A stretch of 64,000 nucleotides of DNA, taken from a bacterium. Its GTDB lineage: Bacteria; Elusimicrobiota; Elusimicrobia; UBA1565; UBA9628. The first letter of the stretch is position 1; the number at the start of each line of letters is the position of its first letter. Under the pieces are notes generated by a model. That model had not been told where the DNA came from, ran no database searches, and saw nothing but the letters and a program-made list of their open reading frames with translations. Shown piece after piece: positions 1-9,726 of this stretch. The translations under genes were made by a program, and so were the position numbers. The stretch covers positions 83,227-147,226 of the forward strand of contig JAKAQO010000003.1 of NCBI GenBank assembly GCA_021822495.1, given 5' to 3'.

Positions 1-2381
1 CTACTCCCGACAATCGCTGGATAGAGGCGGGGCGGCTCCTTGAGACTTCAAGCCGGGACCTTGATTTTGGCGCCCGTCCCAACCCGCCGACCGGCGGCAT
101 CGCGGAACAGGCATTTAAAGAAATTCAAAAACTCAATCAAGAAGGGTTTAAAGTTCTCATTTACAGCCTCAATCAAGGCGAGAATTCCAGAATTCAAGAA
201 ATTTTGCCCGAATCAGCTAAGCAAACTTCTCAATTTCTCATCGGCGAAATTGGAAACGGCTTTCGTCATCCTAATTTAAAAATCGCTTTTTACAGCTCTT
301 CGGAAATCTTCAACCGGAAGTACCGCCGGACATTTTTTTCCCAGTCCGGCCCGGCGCCCAACCGCATTCGCTCCTCCGACCTTCAAAAAGGAGATTATGT
401 CGTCCACAATAGTTACGGAATCGCCCGCTACGGCGGCCTTCAAATGGTTCGTTCCCCGGGCTTTGGCCAGGTCGAATGCGCAAAATTATCTTTTGCCGGA
501 GATTCTGTTCTCTATCTTCCAATGAGCGAATTTTCAGTCATCCAAAAATATATTTCGGGTTCCGCCGGACGTCCCCGCCTCTCAAGCCTGGACCAAAGAC
601 GCTGGGAAGAAGTTAAAGAGCGCGTCCGGGAAGGCGTTCGAGAATTGGCCGAGAAACTTCTTAAAACCCAGGCCGAACGCGCGGCGTCTCCGGGCCATGC
701 CTTCCCCAAGGACAGCCCGCTTGAGCGCGAATTTGCCGCGGAATTTCCTTATCAAGAAACTCCCGATCAAGCGCGCGCGATAGAAGAAGTTTTAGAAGAC
801 ATGACTCGCCCGCATCCCATGGACCGCTTAGTTTTAGGAGACGTGGGATTTGGAAAAACGGAAGTGGCCATGCGCGCCGCTTTTAAATGCGCGATGGGAA
901 ACAAACAAACCTGCGTCCTTGTTCCAACCACCATCCTCGCCGAACAGCATTTTCGAAGTTTTTCTAAAAGGTTCGCCGATTATCCCGTGCATCTTGGGCT
1001 TTTGACCCGCTTTCAAACTAAATCCGAACAACAGGCGGTCATTGAAAAGCTGAAAAACGGGGCCATAGACATCATCCTTGGAACCTCAAGGCTTCTCCAA
1101 AAGGATATTCAATTTAAGGATTTGGGACTGGCCATTATTGACGAAGAACACCGCTTTGGAGTCGAGGATAAGGAAAAAATAAAGGGTTTTCGCGCGACCG
1201 TGGATGTTCTTTCTTTGTCGGCCACTCCCATTCCCCGCACCTTCGGCCAAGCGCTCTCGGGATTGAGATCGCTGTCTTTTATCCAAAGCGCGCCCGCGGG
1301 GCGTCTCCCTATTACGACAAGGATTTTGCCTTGGAGCGAAAATACAGTGGTTCAAGCCGTTGAAGAGGAAATCTCGCGTGGCGGACAAGCTTATTATGTT
1401 CACAATCGCGTCAGGACCCTCAAAGAAACCGCCGCGCGCCTCAAAGACTTAATGCCCCAAGTTCGATTTGTGATTGTTCACGGACAAATGAAGGGACCAG
1501 AAATCGAAAGCGCAATGTGGGACTTTTACAACAAAAAATTCGATGTTCTAGTGGCATCCACAATCATCGAGTCGGGTCTTGATATTCCTTCCGTCAATAC
1601 TCTCCTTGTGGAAGATGCTCATGAATTTGGTCTGGCTCAACTCTATCAACTGCGCGGAAGAATCGGACGCGAATCTAAAAAAGCCTTTTGTTATTTTCTC
1701 TACCCTGAAAACGCGGAATTTTCACTCATGCCGGAGGAAGCTCAAAAACGCATGGAAGCCCTTAAGGAGTTCGGCCATTTGGGCAGCGGCGCGCAGCTGG
1801 CGATGAGAGACATGGAAATCCGGGGAACCGGAGATCTCTTGGGGCGAAGGCAGCACGGGTTTGTTCGCGACGTCGGAATTTCTCTCTACAGCCAGCTTCT
1901 CACCGAAGAAATGTCGAACTTAAAAAACAAAAAACCAGACGCGCATTCGCATCGGGAAGAAATTTCGCTTGATATCCCGGTCTCGGCCTTTATTCCCCAG
2001 GATTATTTTCCCGAGGAACGTCAGCGCCTTGATCTTTACCGCCGCTTAAGCGGCGCGAGAAAAGAAGACTTGGAAAGTCTACAAAAAGAGATGGAGGATT
2101 TAGCCGGCCCCCCGCCCAAGCCGGTCAAACAGCTCTTTGAACTCATCAAAATAAAAATATCGGCCCAGGAACACGGGATTATAAAAATCTCCCAGCAAAA
2201 AAATGATTTGGAAATCATTTTCGGTTCTTCGGCCAAGATTTCTCCGAAACAAATTACAAGCTGGACTCAAAGATACGCGCCCAGCCTGCGTTTTACCCAC
2301 TCAAAACAGGGGGACGGCCTTATTGTTTCTCTCAGTTCTCAAAGCGCCCTTGAATGGCTGAGCAAATTCCTGGAAAAATGA
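1..2381 (+). CDS. mfd: Transcription-repair coupling factor Mfd. The frame is open from nt 3, so the N-terminus lies upstream of the window (5'-partial).
   Basis: RNAP-interacting/CarD-like segment (GDYVVHNSYGIARYGG). Superfamily 2 helicase motifs (GDVGFGKTEVA, DEEHRFGV, QLRGRIGR). C-terminal TRCF domain. No stop codon between nt 3 and the first Met at 204. Confidence 0.9.
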   Translation, partial: TPDNRWIEAGRLLETSSRDLDFGARPNPPTGGIAEQAFKEIQKLNQEGFKVLIYSLNQGENSRIQEILPESAKQTSQFLIGEIGNGFRHPNLKIAFYSSSEIFNRKYRRTFFSQSGPAPNRIRSSDLQKGDYVVHNSYGIARYGGLQMVRSPGFGQVECAKLSFAGDSVLYLPMSEFSVIQKYISGSAGRPRLSSLDQRRWEEVKERVREGVRELAEKLLKTQAERAASPGHAFPKDSPLEREFAAEFPYQETPDQARAIEEVLEDMTRPHPMDRLVLGDVGFGKTEVAMRAAFKCAMGNKQTCVLVPTTILAEQHFRSFSKRFADYPVHLGLLTRFQTKSEQQAVIEKLKNGAIDIILGTSRLLQKDIQFKDLGLAIIDEEHRFGVEDKEKIKGFRATVDVLSLSATPIPRTFGQALSGLRSLSFIQSAPAGRLPITTRILPWSENTVVQAVEEEISRGGQAYYVHNRVRTLKETAARLKDLMPQVRFVIVHGQMKGPEIESAMWDFYNKKFDVLVASTIIESGLDIPSVNTLLVEDAHEFGLAQLYQLRGRIGRESKKAFCYFLYPENAEFSLMPEEAQKRMEALKEFGHLGSGAQLAMRDMEIRGTGDLLGRRQHGFVRDVGISLYSQLLTEEMSNLKNKKPDAHSHREEISLDIPVSAFIPQDYFPEERQRLDLYRRLSGARKEDLESLQKEMEDLAGPPPKPVKQLFELIKIKISAQEHGIIKISQQKNDLEIIFGSSAKISPKQITSWTQRYAPSLRFTHSKQGDGLIVSLSSQSALEWLSKFLEK

Positions 2382-2395
2382 TAGGATAGGCATTA

Positions 2396-3214
2396 ATGAT
2401 GCGAAGAATTTTCTTCTTTAGTCTCGCCGTTTTTTCTCTTTCCGCTTGTGAAAAGAAAGAAGCCGTAATAGCCAAGGTAGGGCCGCTCCACATTACTCAA
2501 GCAGATTTTCAGAAGGCTCTCAGCGACGTTGCCCCCGGATATCAGAATTATGTGATGACCCCCAACGGACGAAGGCAATTTTTGGATATTATCATCCGCG
2601 ACAAACTGGAACTTGCCGCCGCTCAAGCCTCTAAAGTCTCTCAATCTCCCTCTTACCTTCAAGAAGCCGCCCAGATAAGACAAGAAGAAAAAATCCGGCT
2701 TCACGAAGCCTTAAAATATCTTTTAATTGAGGACTGGGAAAAAAGTTTGCAGAAAAGAAAAATGACTTCGGTCAGCGAGGACGAAGCGAGAGCCTACTGG
2801 AAACGCCACCCCTATGAGGTCTCATTCAGCCAAATTCTGGTTTCATCTCCCAAAGAAGCGGAAACCCTTCTTAAGCGAGTGCGCGGGGGCGCCAATTTCG
2901 CGCGGTTAGCCCGGAAATACTCCCTCGACAGCGAGTCAGCCATAAAAGGCGGGAAAATGCCTTCCGCCCTTTATGGAGAAATTATCCCCGAACTTCAAGA
3001 CCTTATCTTCCAGATGAGGGTTGGCGAACTCAGCGGCCCCATTAAAACTAAATTTGGATATCACGTCATTCGAAAAGATTCTCAGCGCAAGGTTTCTTTC
3101 GAAAAAGATAAGGGCCGTTTTATCCAAATCCTTGAAAAGCGCAAACTAGACAACTACCTGCAATCCCTTCAAAAAAAATTCCCCGTGGAGATTATCGATG
3201 AACAATTCAAATAA
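2396..3214 (+). CDS. PpiC/parvulin-type peptidyl-prolyl isomerase lipoprotein, SurA/PrsA-like.
   Basis: Signal peptide with an LSAC lipobox. Rotamase-domain segment FSQILVSS...GGANFARLARKYSLD...GYHVIR. Confidence 0.7.
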   Translation: MMRRIFFFSLAVFSLSACEKKEAVIAKVGPLHITQADFQKALSDVAPGYQNYVMTPNGRRQFLDIIIRDKLELAAAQASKVSQSPSYLQEAAQIRQEEKIRLHEALKYLLIEDWEKSLQKRKMTSVSEDEARAYWKRHPYEVSFSQILVSSPKEAETLLKRVRGGANFARLARKYSLDSESAIKGGKMPSALYGEIIPELQDLIFQMRVGELSGPIKTKFGYHVIRKDSQRKVSFEKDKGRFIQILEKRKLDNYLQSLQKKFPVEIIDEQFK

Positions 3215-4319
3215 ACGAATTTGGACCGCCGTTTTGGGATTTATGACCGCGTTAGTCTTAATAAAACCGGCATTAGCCGCACGGGTTGACGACGTCATCG
3301 CGACCGTTAACAACGCGCCCATCTTTCTATCCCGCTACCGAAAAGAACTCGCCGCGACCCTCAACGACATGGCGCAGACCAACCCCATGGCCATGAGAGA
3401 CCCTGCCTTCATCCAGCAAATCAAAAATAAAGTTCTTGATGATTTAATTGACCAACAACTTCTATACCAAGCTGGAAAAGATTTGAAAATTAAAATCCAC
3501 CAAGATGATATTGACAAAGCCATGGCGGAGATAAAATCTCGCTTCAACACCGATGCGAATGGAAATCCCCTGACGCCTCTGCAAGCTCAAGCCGCCTTCG
3601 ATAAACAGCTGAAAGCCATGGGGCTCACCTATCAACAATACCGCAACCGGCTGAAAAAACAAGTCATGGCCAAAAAAGTTTTAGATCGGGAGGTTAAAGC
3701 CAAAATCGAACAGCCCTCGACCCCCGAAATTCAAACCTACTTTGACAAAGTCGTTCTTTTTGTCAATTCCGGAAGCACCGAGCCGCCTGTCGGGATGTCA
3801 CCTTATGCCGCGCAAGATTTCATGATGGCCGCCGATCGAGTCAAATCTTCGACCTCTGAAAGAGTGCAACTGGCCCGGATTTTAATTCGCGTTCATCCTA
3901 ACGATCCCCAAGCAGAGAAAACACGCGCTCTCAGAGACGCCAATCAATATAAGGCCATGCTCATGACCGGGACATCCACTTTCTCTGAAATCGCCAAGGT
4001 TTATTCCGAGGACCCCAACAGCGCCTCCCATGGAGGAGACATCGGCTTTATCCCTAAAGGCGCCTTGCCGCCGGCTTTAGACAAAGCCGTTTTTTCTCTT
4101 GAAGTCGGACAAATCAGCGATCCGCTTCTTAATGATGAAGGTTATAACATCGTCCGCGTCAAATCTCACCAAGCCGCCGAAAAGCCGGAGTTCGACAAAT
4201 TAAAAAGCTACCTCAAAGAAATTTTAATGGACGTGGAAAGCCACAAGCTCATGGACCAATACATCAAATCCCTGAGGGAAAAGGCCGTCATCGTCAAGCA
4301 CAAGTCGCTGTTAAAGTAG
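3198..4319 (+). CDS. SurA-like periplasmic chaperone / PpiC-type PPIase.
   Basis: Signal peptide. Parvulin domain (HGGDIGFIPKG...GYNIVRV). Start overlaps the upstream PPIase gene. Confidence 0.7.
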   Translation: MNNSNKRIWTAVLGFMTALVLIKPALAARVDDVIATVNNAPIFLSRYRKELAATLNDMAQTNPMAMRDPAFIQQIKNKVLDDLIDQQLLYQAGKDLKIKIHQDDIDKAMAEIKSRFNTDANGNPLTPLQAQAAFDKQLKAMGLTYQQYRNRLKKQVMAKKVLDREVKAKIEQPSTPEIQTYFDKVVLFVNSGSTEPPVGMSPYAAQDFMMAADRVKSSTSERVQLARILIRVHPNDPQAEKTRALRDANQYKAMLMTGTSTFSEIAKVYSEDPNSASHGGDIGFIPKGALPPALDKAVFSLEVGQISDPLLNDEGYNIVRVKSHQAAEKPEFDKLKSYLKEILMDVESHKLMDQYIKSLREKAVIVKHKSLLK

Positions 4320-4363
4320 TTCCAACAGTTGGTCCACCCAGGAGTTAGGGACAGTCCCCAACT

Positions 4364-4780
4364 CTACGGCGAACGGGCAAGTAGCCGGTCCTGCTCTTTA
4401 AACATTTTCTTTTTAAGGGCGGGCTTGTCGTCGCGATAACCTCGAAGGTGTAAAACTCCATGAATGATTAGGGTGAGAATCTCTTTAAGAAGTGAATGGC
4501 CGATTTCGGCGGCCTGTCGCTTAGCTTGAGAAACCGAGACAAAAACATCCCCGAAAGCTGGCTTCTCATCATAGGGAAAAGAAATAACATCCGTGTCATA
4601 GTCGTGATTTATAAATTTTTTATTGAGAGCGCGCATCTCTTTGGAATTCATGAAAATGACGTTGAGGCTTCCGTCTTTTTTTGCGTCTCGGCCCAAGGCC
4701 AACTTCGCGGCCCGGCGAAATTTCGTGATCTTTCGGGCGGAAACAGGAACCAAGGAAGTTTTAAATACGGAAATTTTCAC
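4364..4780 (-). CDS. ybeY: Endoribonuclease YbeY (16S rRNA maturation).
   Basis: HGVLHLRGYRD zinc-binding H-x-x-x-H motif. About 140 aa. Lies immediately downstream of the phoH-like gene, the conserved ybeZ-ybeY order. Confidence 0.85.
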   Translation of the reverse strand: MKISVFKTSLVPVSARKITKFRRAAKLALGRDAKKDGSLNVIFMNSKEMRALNKKFINHDYDTDVISFPYDEKPAFGDVFVSVSQAKRQAAEIGHSLLKEILTLIIHGVLHLRGYRDDKPALKKKMFKEQDRLLARSP

Positions 4781-4783
4781 GCC

Positions 4784-5740
4784 TTACCCGCGCCGCTTTT
4801 CCCACTTCTCATAAGCCCTAAGAATATTTTTTATGAGCGGATGGCGAATGACGTCTTCCTGGGTGAAATGATGAAAGACAATGCCCTCGACATTTCTGAG
4901 GATTTCGGAAATTTGGACCAACCCCGAGGCCTTAATCGAGGTCAAATCGGTCTGGGTCACGTCCCCAGTCACAACCGCCTTGGACCCGCGCCCCATGCGC
5001 GTCAAAAACATTTTCATTTGTTCCGGGGTCGTATTTTGGGCTTCGTCCAAAATAATAAAGGCATTCTCAAAGGTGCGGCCGCGCATATAAGCCAAGGGAA
5101 CAATCTCCAAGACTTCCGATTCCCGCCACATTCTAAAGCGCTCCGGGCCCAACAGCGAATAAAAAGAATCGTAAATCGGCCGCAAATAAGGATCCACTTT
5201 TTCTAAGAGGTCCCCCGGCAAAAACCCCAGTTTTTCTCCGGCTTCAACCACAGGGCGAGTTACAATTACGCGCTGAGTTTGCCGTAAATCCAAGGCCTTC
5301 AAGGCGCAGGCGACAGCCAGAAAAGTTTTTCCAGTTCCCGCCGGACCGATTCCAAAAACTAAATCGTTTTTTTCAATCGCTTCGATATAGCGGCCCTGAT
5401 TCGGCGTCCTTGGGGAGATCATTTTTCCAAAAGAGGTTCGGTAAGCCTCTTGTTCGCCCATTTCCTCGGGAATATGTTCGCGGGAAAAGCCTCCGGTGAA
5501 ACTGCCACCTTCCGTTTCTCCGCGCAAATCGCTCAGTTTTTGTCTAATTTTTTTCATGGCCCGTTCTACCCGCGTCGAATTTCCTTTAACCCAAAGAACC
5601 AACTCTTCGGAATCTGAATCCTGGCGCAAAAAAAGCTGAACCCCGTAATGACTCTGCATTTCGCGCAAAGCGGAGTCGGCTTCGCCTAAAAGCCCGACCG
5701 CTTCCTCCGTTGAGCGTATCTGAATTTTCTTTTTAATCAT
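4784..5740 (-). CDS. phoH: PhoH-like ATPase (YbeZ).
   Basis: Walker A GPAGTGKTFLAVA. PhoH family length. Adjacent to ybeY. Confidence 0.9.
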   Translation of the reverse strand: MIKKKIQIRSTEEAVGLLGEADSALREMQSHYGVQLFLRQDSDSEELVLWVKGNSTRVERAMKKIRQKLSDLRGETEGGSFTGGFSREHIPEEMGEQEAYRTSFGKMISPRTPNQGRYIEAIEKNDLVFGIGPAGTGKTFLAVACALKALDLRQTQRVIVTRPVVEAGEKLGFLPGDLLEKVDPYLRPIYDSFYSLLGPERFRMWRESEVLEIVPLAYMRGRTFENAFIILDEAQNTTPEQMKMFLTRMGRGSKAVVTGDVTQTDLTSIKASGLVQISEILRNVEGIVFHHFTQEDVIRHPLIKNILRAYEKWEKRRG

Positions 5741-5751
5741 TAAACGCGCGC

Positions 5752-6993
5752 CTAAATTCGTCCTGGCGTTTTGCCTCGGGAAATGACAACGATGCCCGAC
5801 GAATCGACAAAATAACTTCGCACGTCCATTTCGCGGTCATGCCCAATCACGGTCTGCGGGGTAATGGTATTAAACCGGTCTACGATCACCCGTTTAAGAT
5901 GAGCGCCGCGCCCTATGCGGCAAAAATCCATAATAATAGAATCCTCGATAATCGCGCCTTCTTCGATTTCAACTCCGCGCCCTAAAATAGAATTGGTAAT
6001 GCTTGATTTTTCAATCAAGGAACCGTCTCCAATAACGGAGTTAATCAATCGTCCATCTAAAATTCGCGCGGGTGGCCCGTCATGACGCTCTGAATGGATG
6101 GGCCAGCGATGATTATTTAAATCAAAATGCGGGCGTTCTCCCAAAATATCCATGTGCGACTGATAGAAACTTTCAATCGTTCCCACATCGCGCCAATACG
6201 CTTTTTCCTCGTGGGATTTGAGCCCGGGAAGAATATTGAGAGCAAAATCATACGCATAGGTCCGCATTTTTTTATGAATGACGGGTAAAATGGACTTTCC
6301 GAAGTCAAATTCTGCCCCGGCGCCAAGAGTTTTATCGGAAAGAACCGAGATAAGAGCCTCCGTTGAAAATAAGTAGTTACCCATCGAGGCGTAAGCCCGT
6401 GAGGCGTCTGTCGGCATTGGCTTTGCGATTTTGGGCTTCTCGACAAAAGACAGAATTTTTCCTTCTCCATCGGCTTCAATAATGCCAAACCCCTGAGCCC
6501 GATCGAGCGGAACGGGAATTGCCGAAACGGTAATGTCGGCTTCTCTTTTTAGATGAAAATGAATCATCTGGCCGATGTCCATCCGGTAAATATGGTCCGA
6601 GCCAAACACCGCGACGATATCCGGATCGAAATCGTAAATTAAATTAAGATTCTGGCGAACGGCGTCTGCTGTCCCTTGATACCAGTTCTGGCCCAAACGC
6701 ATCTGCGGCGGGACCAAGGCGATGAATTGATCGCGCGTAAGCCCGACCGTGCGCCAACTTGAACGCAAGTATTCAATCAGGCTTTGAGACATATATTGAA
6801 CCAAAACGTAAATAGACTGCACTCCAGAGTTAATGCAGTTAGACAATACAAAATCGACAATACGGTGCTTGCCTCCAAAGGGAACCGACGGCTTTGGGCG
6901 GCTGACGGTGAGAGGGTAAAGCCTTTCCCCGCGCCCGCCGGCTAAAATCAAGGCTAAAACGCGCTTAGTCGGTTCAATTGCCATAGTCTTCAT
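5752..6993 (-). CDS. glgC: Glucose-1-phosphate adenylyltransferase.
   Basis: ILAGGRGERLYPLT...PFGGKHRIVDFVLSNCINSG nucleotidyltransferase N-terminus. Left-handed beta-helix C-terminus. Confidence 0.85.
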   Translation of the reverse strand: MKTMAIEPTKRVLALILAGGRGERLYPLTVSRPKPSVPFGGKHRIVDFVLSNCINSGVQSIYVLVQYMSQSLIEYLRSSWRTVGLTRDQFIALVPPQMRLGQNWYQGTADAVRQNLNLIYDFDPDIVAVFGSDHIYRMDIGQMIHFHLKREADITVSAIPVPLDRAQGFGIIEADGEGKILSFVEKPKIAKPMPTDASRAYASMGNYLFSTEALISVLSDKTLGAGAEFDFGKSILPVIHKKMRTYAYDFALNILPGLKSHEEKAYWRDVGTIESFYQSHMDILGERPHFDLNNHRWPIHSERHDGPPARILDGRLINSVIGDGSLIEKSSITNSILGRGVEIEEGAIIEDSIIMDFCRIGRGAHLKRVIVDRFNTITPQTVIGHDREMDVRSYFVDSSGIVVISRGKTPGRI

Positions 6994-8002
6994 CCGACGA
7001 ACCGGATTGTCTCTGTTGATTGCGGGAAGGCAAGGGTTTTACCGCTTTAAGTTTTTGCCAAAAAGAAGGACCAGCGGACTTTTTTGGAGTCGCGGTTCGG
7101 GTTTTAGGCTGAGGGAAAGAAGGAGTTTTGGAAGCCGCCGGAAGATTTGAAACTTTCGGCAATAAGGATAATGCGTGTTTGGGATCGTATCGAAAAGCCT
7201 TGTTGATTTGAGCGTCGCTTAAGACCAAAACAGGACTGTGCTCTGACAAGGCTTCTGAGGCTTTGATTTCGGTCAAGTCCTTTGTCGTAATCCCGGGAAC
7301 GACCTCCATCGGCAAGAAAACCTTTCCCTGGTAGGTAATAAGAGAGGATGTCGGAACCGCGAGGATGTTGTTAGCCAAAGTTATCCGTCCTGCCCACTGA
7401 AGCTGTCGGGGATAGCGTCGAACGGGGATAAAGCTCATAAACATCCCAGCTGGCGGGGTTGTCGTTTCGTCTAATGAATAATTCTGGACATCAGTTTTCT
7501 TTTTTTTCAGTATGGAGGAAACCGGCCCAAAAAACAAGTCCTGTCCATTGCGAACATAACGCGCATATGTAGCAGGAACTTTCCCAACCAAGGCAATTTT
7601 ATAGGCGACCTTAAACAATAGATCCTGAGTCTTAATGCGCTCTCCTTCCGAAACAAAACGGCGCAAGATGAAACAGTCTTGCGAACAGGCAACCTTTATT
7701 AGAGAAAATTGAGACTTCCATTGATCAAGCACGGCCTGTTTGGGAGTCATCCCCTTATACTTTAAAAGAGCCGCTGTTTGCGTATCCGCCAAATACGCCA
7801 AGGGCTGTCCGGCTTTAACCCAGGTTTGTTCTTGGGCGCTGACAGCCTCGACTTTTCCGTCAAATGGAGCCTTCACTCGTTCTTGATTCTTAAAGACGAT
7901 CAAGCCTCGAACAGGGATGGAAATGTCCGATATTCGAGCGACAGCGACGCTCTGGGCGAAAAGCGAGGAAGAAAAAAATGCCAAACCAATCAGCCAAGTC
8001 AT
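6974..8002 (-). CDS. Hypothetical membrane-anchored protein, possibly with a barrel-sandwich (HlyD-like) segment, and a Pro/Ser/Lys-rich C-terminus.
   Basis: The ORF is open to 8071, but a start at the internal Met (~8002) gives the usual 4-nt overlap with the thyX stop. One N-terminal TM helix. PFDGKVEAV...VKAGQPLAYL resembles a biotin-lipoyl-like hybrid motif. No confident family assignment. Confidence 0.45.
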   Translation of the reverse strand: MTWLIGLAFFSSSLFAQSVAVARISDISIPVRGLIVFKNQERVKAPFDGKVEAVSAQEQTWVKAGQPLAYLADTQTAALLKYKGMTPKQAVLDQWKSQFSLIKVACSQDCFILRRFVSEGERIKTQDLLFKVAYKIALVGKVPATYARYVRNGQDLFFGPVSSILKKKKTDVQNYSLDETTTPPAGMFMSFIPVRRYPRQLQWAGRITLANNILAVPTSSLITYQGKVFLPMEVVPGITTKDLTEIKASEALSEHSPVLVLSDAQINKAFRYDPKHALSLLPKVSNLPAASKTPSFPQPKTRTATPKKSAGPSFWQKLKAVKPLPSRNQQRQSGSSDEDYGN

Positions 8003-8733
8003 GCTTTCAAAACCGGCTCCCCATTCAACTCTTTTTTTCGGGCGTCTAAAACGGGGTTGGCGCCTTTCCAAACATGGCCCAAGAATGCCGCGAATGTCCA
8101 GGGCATCTTGCCTTCAAAAAAAGCGGCCACCGCCTCCGCGTATTTTTGAATTTCCCACTGCGCGTGGGCGTCCGCCCTGAGCGCGATAAAATTCATCAAG
8201 CTCCTAGCGTTGATTGTCCAATAAAACTGGGTGTAGCCGTTAAGAGGAAGAATCATCCTCGCCATTTCACGGGCCGCGCCCAATTTCAAAAGCTTCTGGT
8301 AAGCGTCGTAAGAAGCGCGAACCTGCTCGTCAATCAATCGGGTTAATTCTTCATGCGGAACGTTCGCGGCAACCGAGCCTTGTTTATTTTTCACGTCCTG
8401 CCCGCGCCAAACTTTCGGGATGTAAAATTCATCCTTGACTTCGGTGTAACGCCCGGAGATTTCGTTATAAGAAGCCATCCGGTGCCGAATCCATTGCCGC
8501 ATGACAAAAATCGGACAGGAAACGTGAAACTTAAACACGGACTGTTCAAAGGGCGTCATGTGGTCATTTTTGAGAAGATAGTTGATAAGCTTGCGATCTG
8601 CTTGCTCTCCCTTTGAATCGGAAGCATAAGATACCCGCGCCGATTGAACCACGGCAATATCCCCACCCATAAAGTCAACCAAGCGCACAAAACCTCGATC
8701 TAAAACCGGCGTTCCTCCGTCAGGAATACTCAT
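7999..8733 (-). CDS. thyX: Flavin-dependent thymidylate synthase ThyX.
   Basis: ThyX signature RHRMASYNEISGRY (RHRxxxxxxxS). About 240 aa. Confidence 0.9.
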   Translation of the reverse strand: MSIPDGGTPVLDRGFVRLVDFMGGDIAVVQSARVSYASDSKGEQADRKLINYLLKNDHMTPFEQSVFKFHVSCPIFVMRQWIRHRMASYNEISGRYTEVKDEFYIPKVWRGQDVKNKQGSVAANVPHEELTRLIDEQVRASYDAYQKLLKLGAAREMARMILPLNGYTQFYWTINARSLMNFIALRADAHAQWEIQKYAEAVAAFFEGKMPWTFAAFLGHVWKGANPVLDARKKELNGEPVLKA

Positions 8734-8742
8734 TGCGCCCCC

Positions 8743-9726
8743 CTATCGAATTTTTGGAAAGTTCATAAAACCGGAACTTCCCTTTTCCTTATATTTACGC
8801 ATATCGCCCATCTTCGCCCCCTTCTCCGCGGATTTTAAGACCCACGGAACAATCAATGAATTGGGCAAAAGCGTCTTCCCATTATAGCCAACTAAAAGGT
8901 CCGAAAGAATCCGGTGAAGCCTCTGCGTCAAAAGATCATCGGCGAGCTCCGTCGAAAGGATAAAGACAGGGCCGTTGAGCCTGAGTTTGCGAATATCATC
9001 TTTAAACGCTTCTTCTGATTTTTCGGTTTCATCCTGGCTATTTCCTTCGTTAATTAAAAACGCTTGGGCCGATTTAAAACCCGCCCGTTTTTGGATTTGG
9101 CCAGCGAGGAGGCTGAGCCGTTCCTTCCAATCTTTCGCTTCTTGCGGCGGGTTCGGAGACTCCGAGACAAGAACCAAATTCTCTTTTTTTCGGTCAATCC
9201 TCAAGGAAAGCGCTCGGTTCAAAAGAATCTTTTTTAAAACGGGAGAAAAATCCAAGGTCGGCATCAAGACGACGGGAGTATGGATATCAAGGCGTTTTTG
9301 AGGAGGCCCCGCTAAATCCTGGCCCGTCTTAAAAAGACTTTGGGAAGGATTTTTTCCAATTCCCAGCAAATATCGAACCTCCTTCATGACATTGGCTGAA
9401 GAAGAATAAAAAAGAGGAACCACGATAATTTTTTTAACCCGCCGGGCTTCAAGCGCCTTAATTCCGCGCTGCATATCATCAGTGTCCGCTAAACCATAAG
9501 CGAAAGCGACCGGGAAACGCGCCGTCAAAGCGGTTGAAATCTGGCGCGTAGTTTCAGCCCACTGCGGGGCATCTCCCTCTTCTAAAACTAACACCCCAAA
9601 GGCAGGCTCTCCAAAACTTGGGGGCGGAAGCGGCGGAATGGCGGCCTGAAGGTTGAGGCCGAAAGCGCCAAATAAAATTAAAAACTGAAAGCCCATAAAT
9701 GTGATTTTTTGGAAGCCCCCACCCAT
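8743..9726 (-). CDS. Hypothetical exported protein.
   Basis: Signal peptide. Two loosely similar halves (KKIIVVPLFYSS... / GPVFILSTELADD...) reminiscent of a CbiX-like alpha/beta fold. No confident family. Confidence 0.45.
   Translation of the reverse strand: MGGGFQKITFMGFQFLILFGAFGLNLQAAIPPLPPPSFGEPAFGVLVLEEGDAPQWAETTRQISTALTARFPVAFAYGLADTDDMQRGIKALEARRVKKIIVVPLFYSSSANVMKEVRYLLGIGKNPSQSLFKTGQDLAGPPQKRLDIHTPVVLMPTLDFSPVLKKILLNRALSLRIDRKKENLVLVSESPNPPQEAKDWKERLSLLAGQIQKRAGFKSAQAFLINEGNSQDETEKSEEAFKDDIRKLRLNGPVFILSTELADDLLTQRLHRILSDLLVGYNGKTLLPNSLIVPWVLKSAEKGAKMGDMRKYKEKGSSGFMNFPKIR

Noticed and set aside
1-279. A possible truncated or frameshifted mfd (the 40–279 ORF is in another frame).
   Set aside because: The mfd reading frame is open from the first complete codon of the window, so the gene simply continues upstream of the window.
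4320-4363. An imperfect inverted repeat (gttagggac/gtccccaac) between the convergent PPIase and ybeY genes, considered as a possible bidirectional terminator.
   Set aside because: There is one mismatch, essentially no loop, and no U-tract. The evidence is too weak to call.
4496-5206. A 236-aa plus-strand ORF.
   Set aside because: It lies entirely antisense to the well-supported phoH and ybeY genes. It has no motifs and an Arg/Gly-biased composition typical of shadow ORFs.
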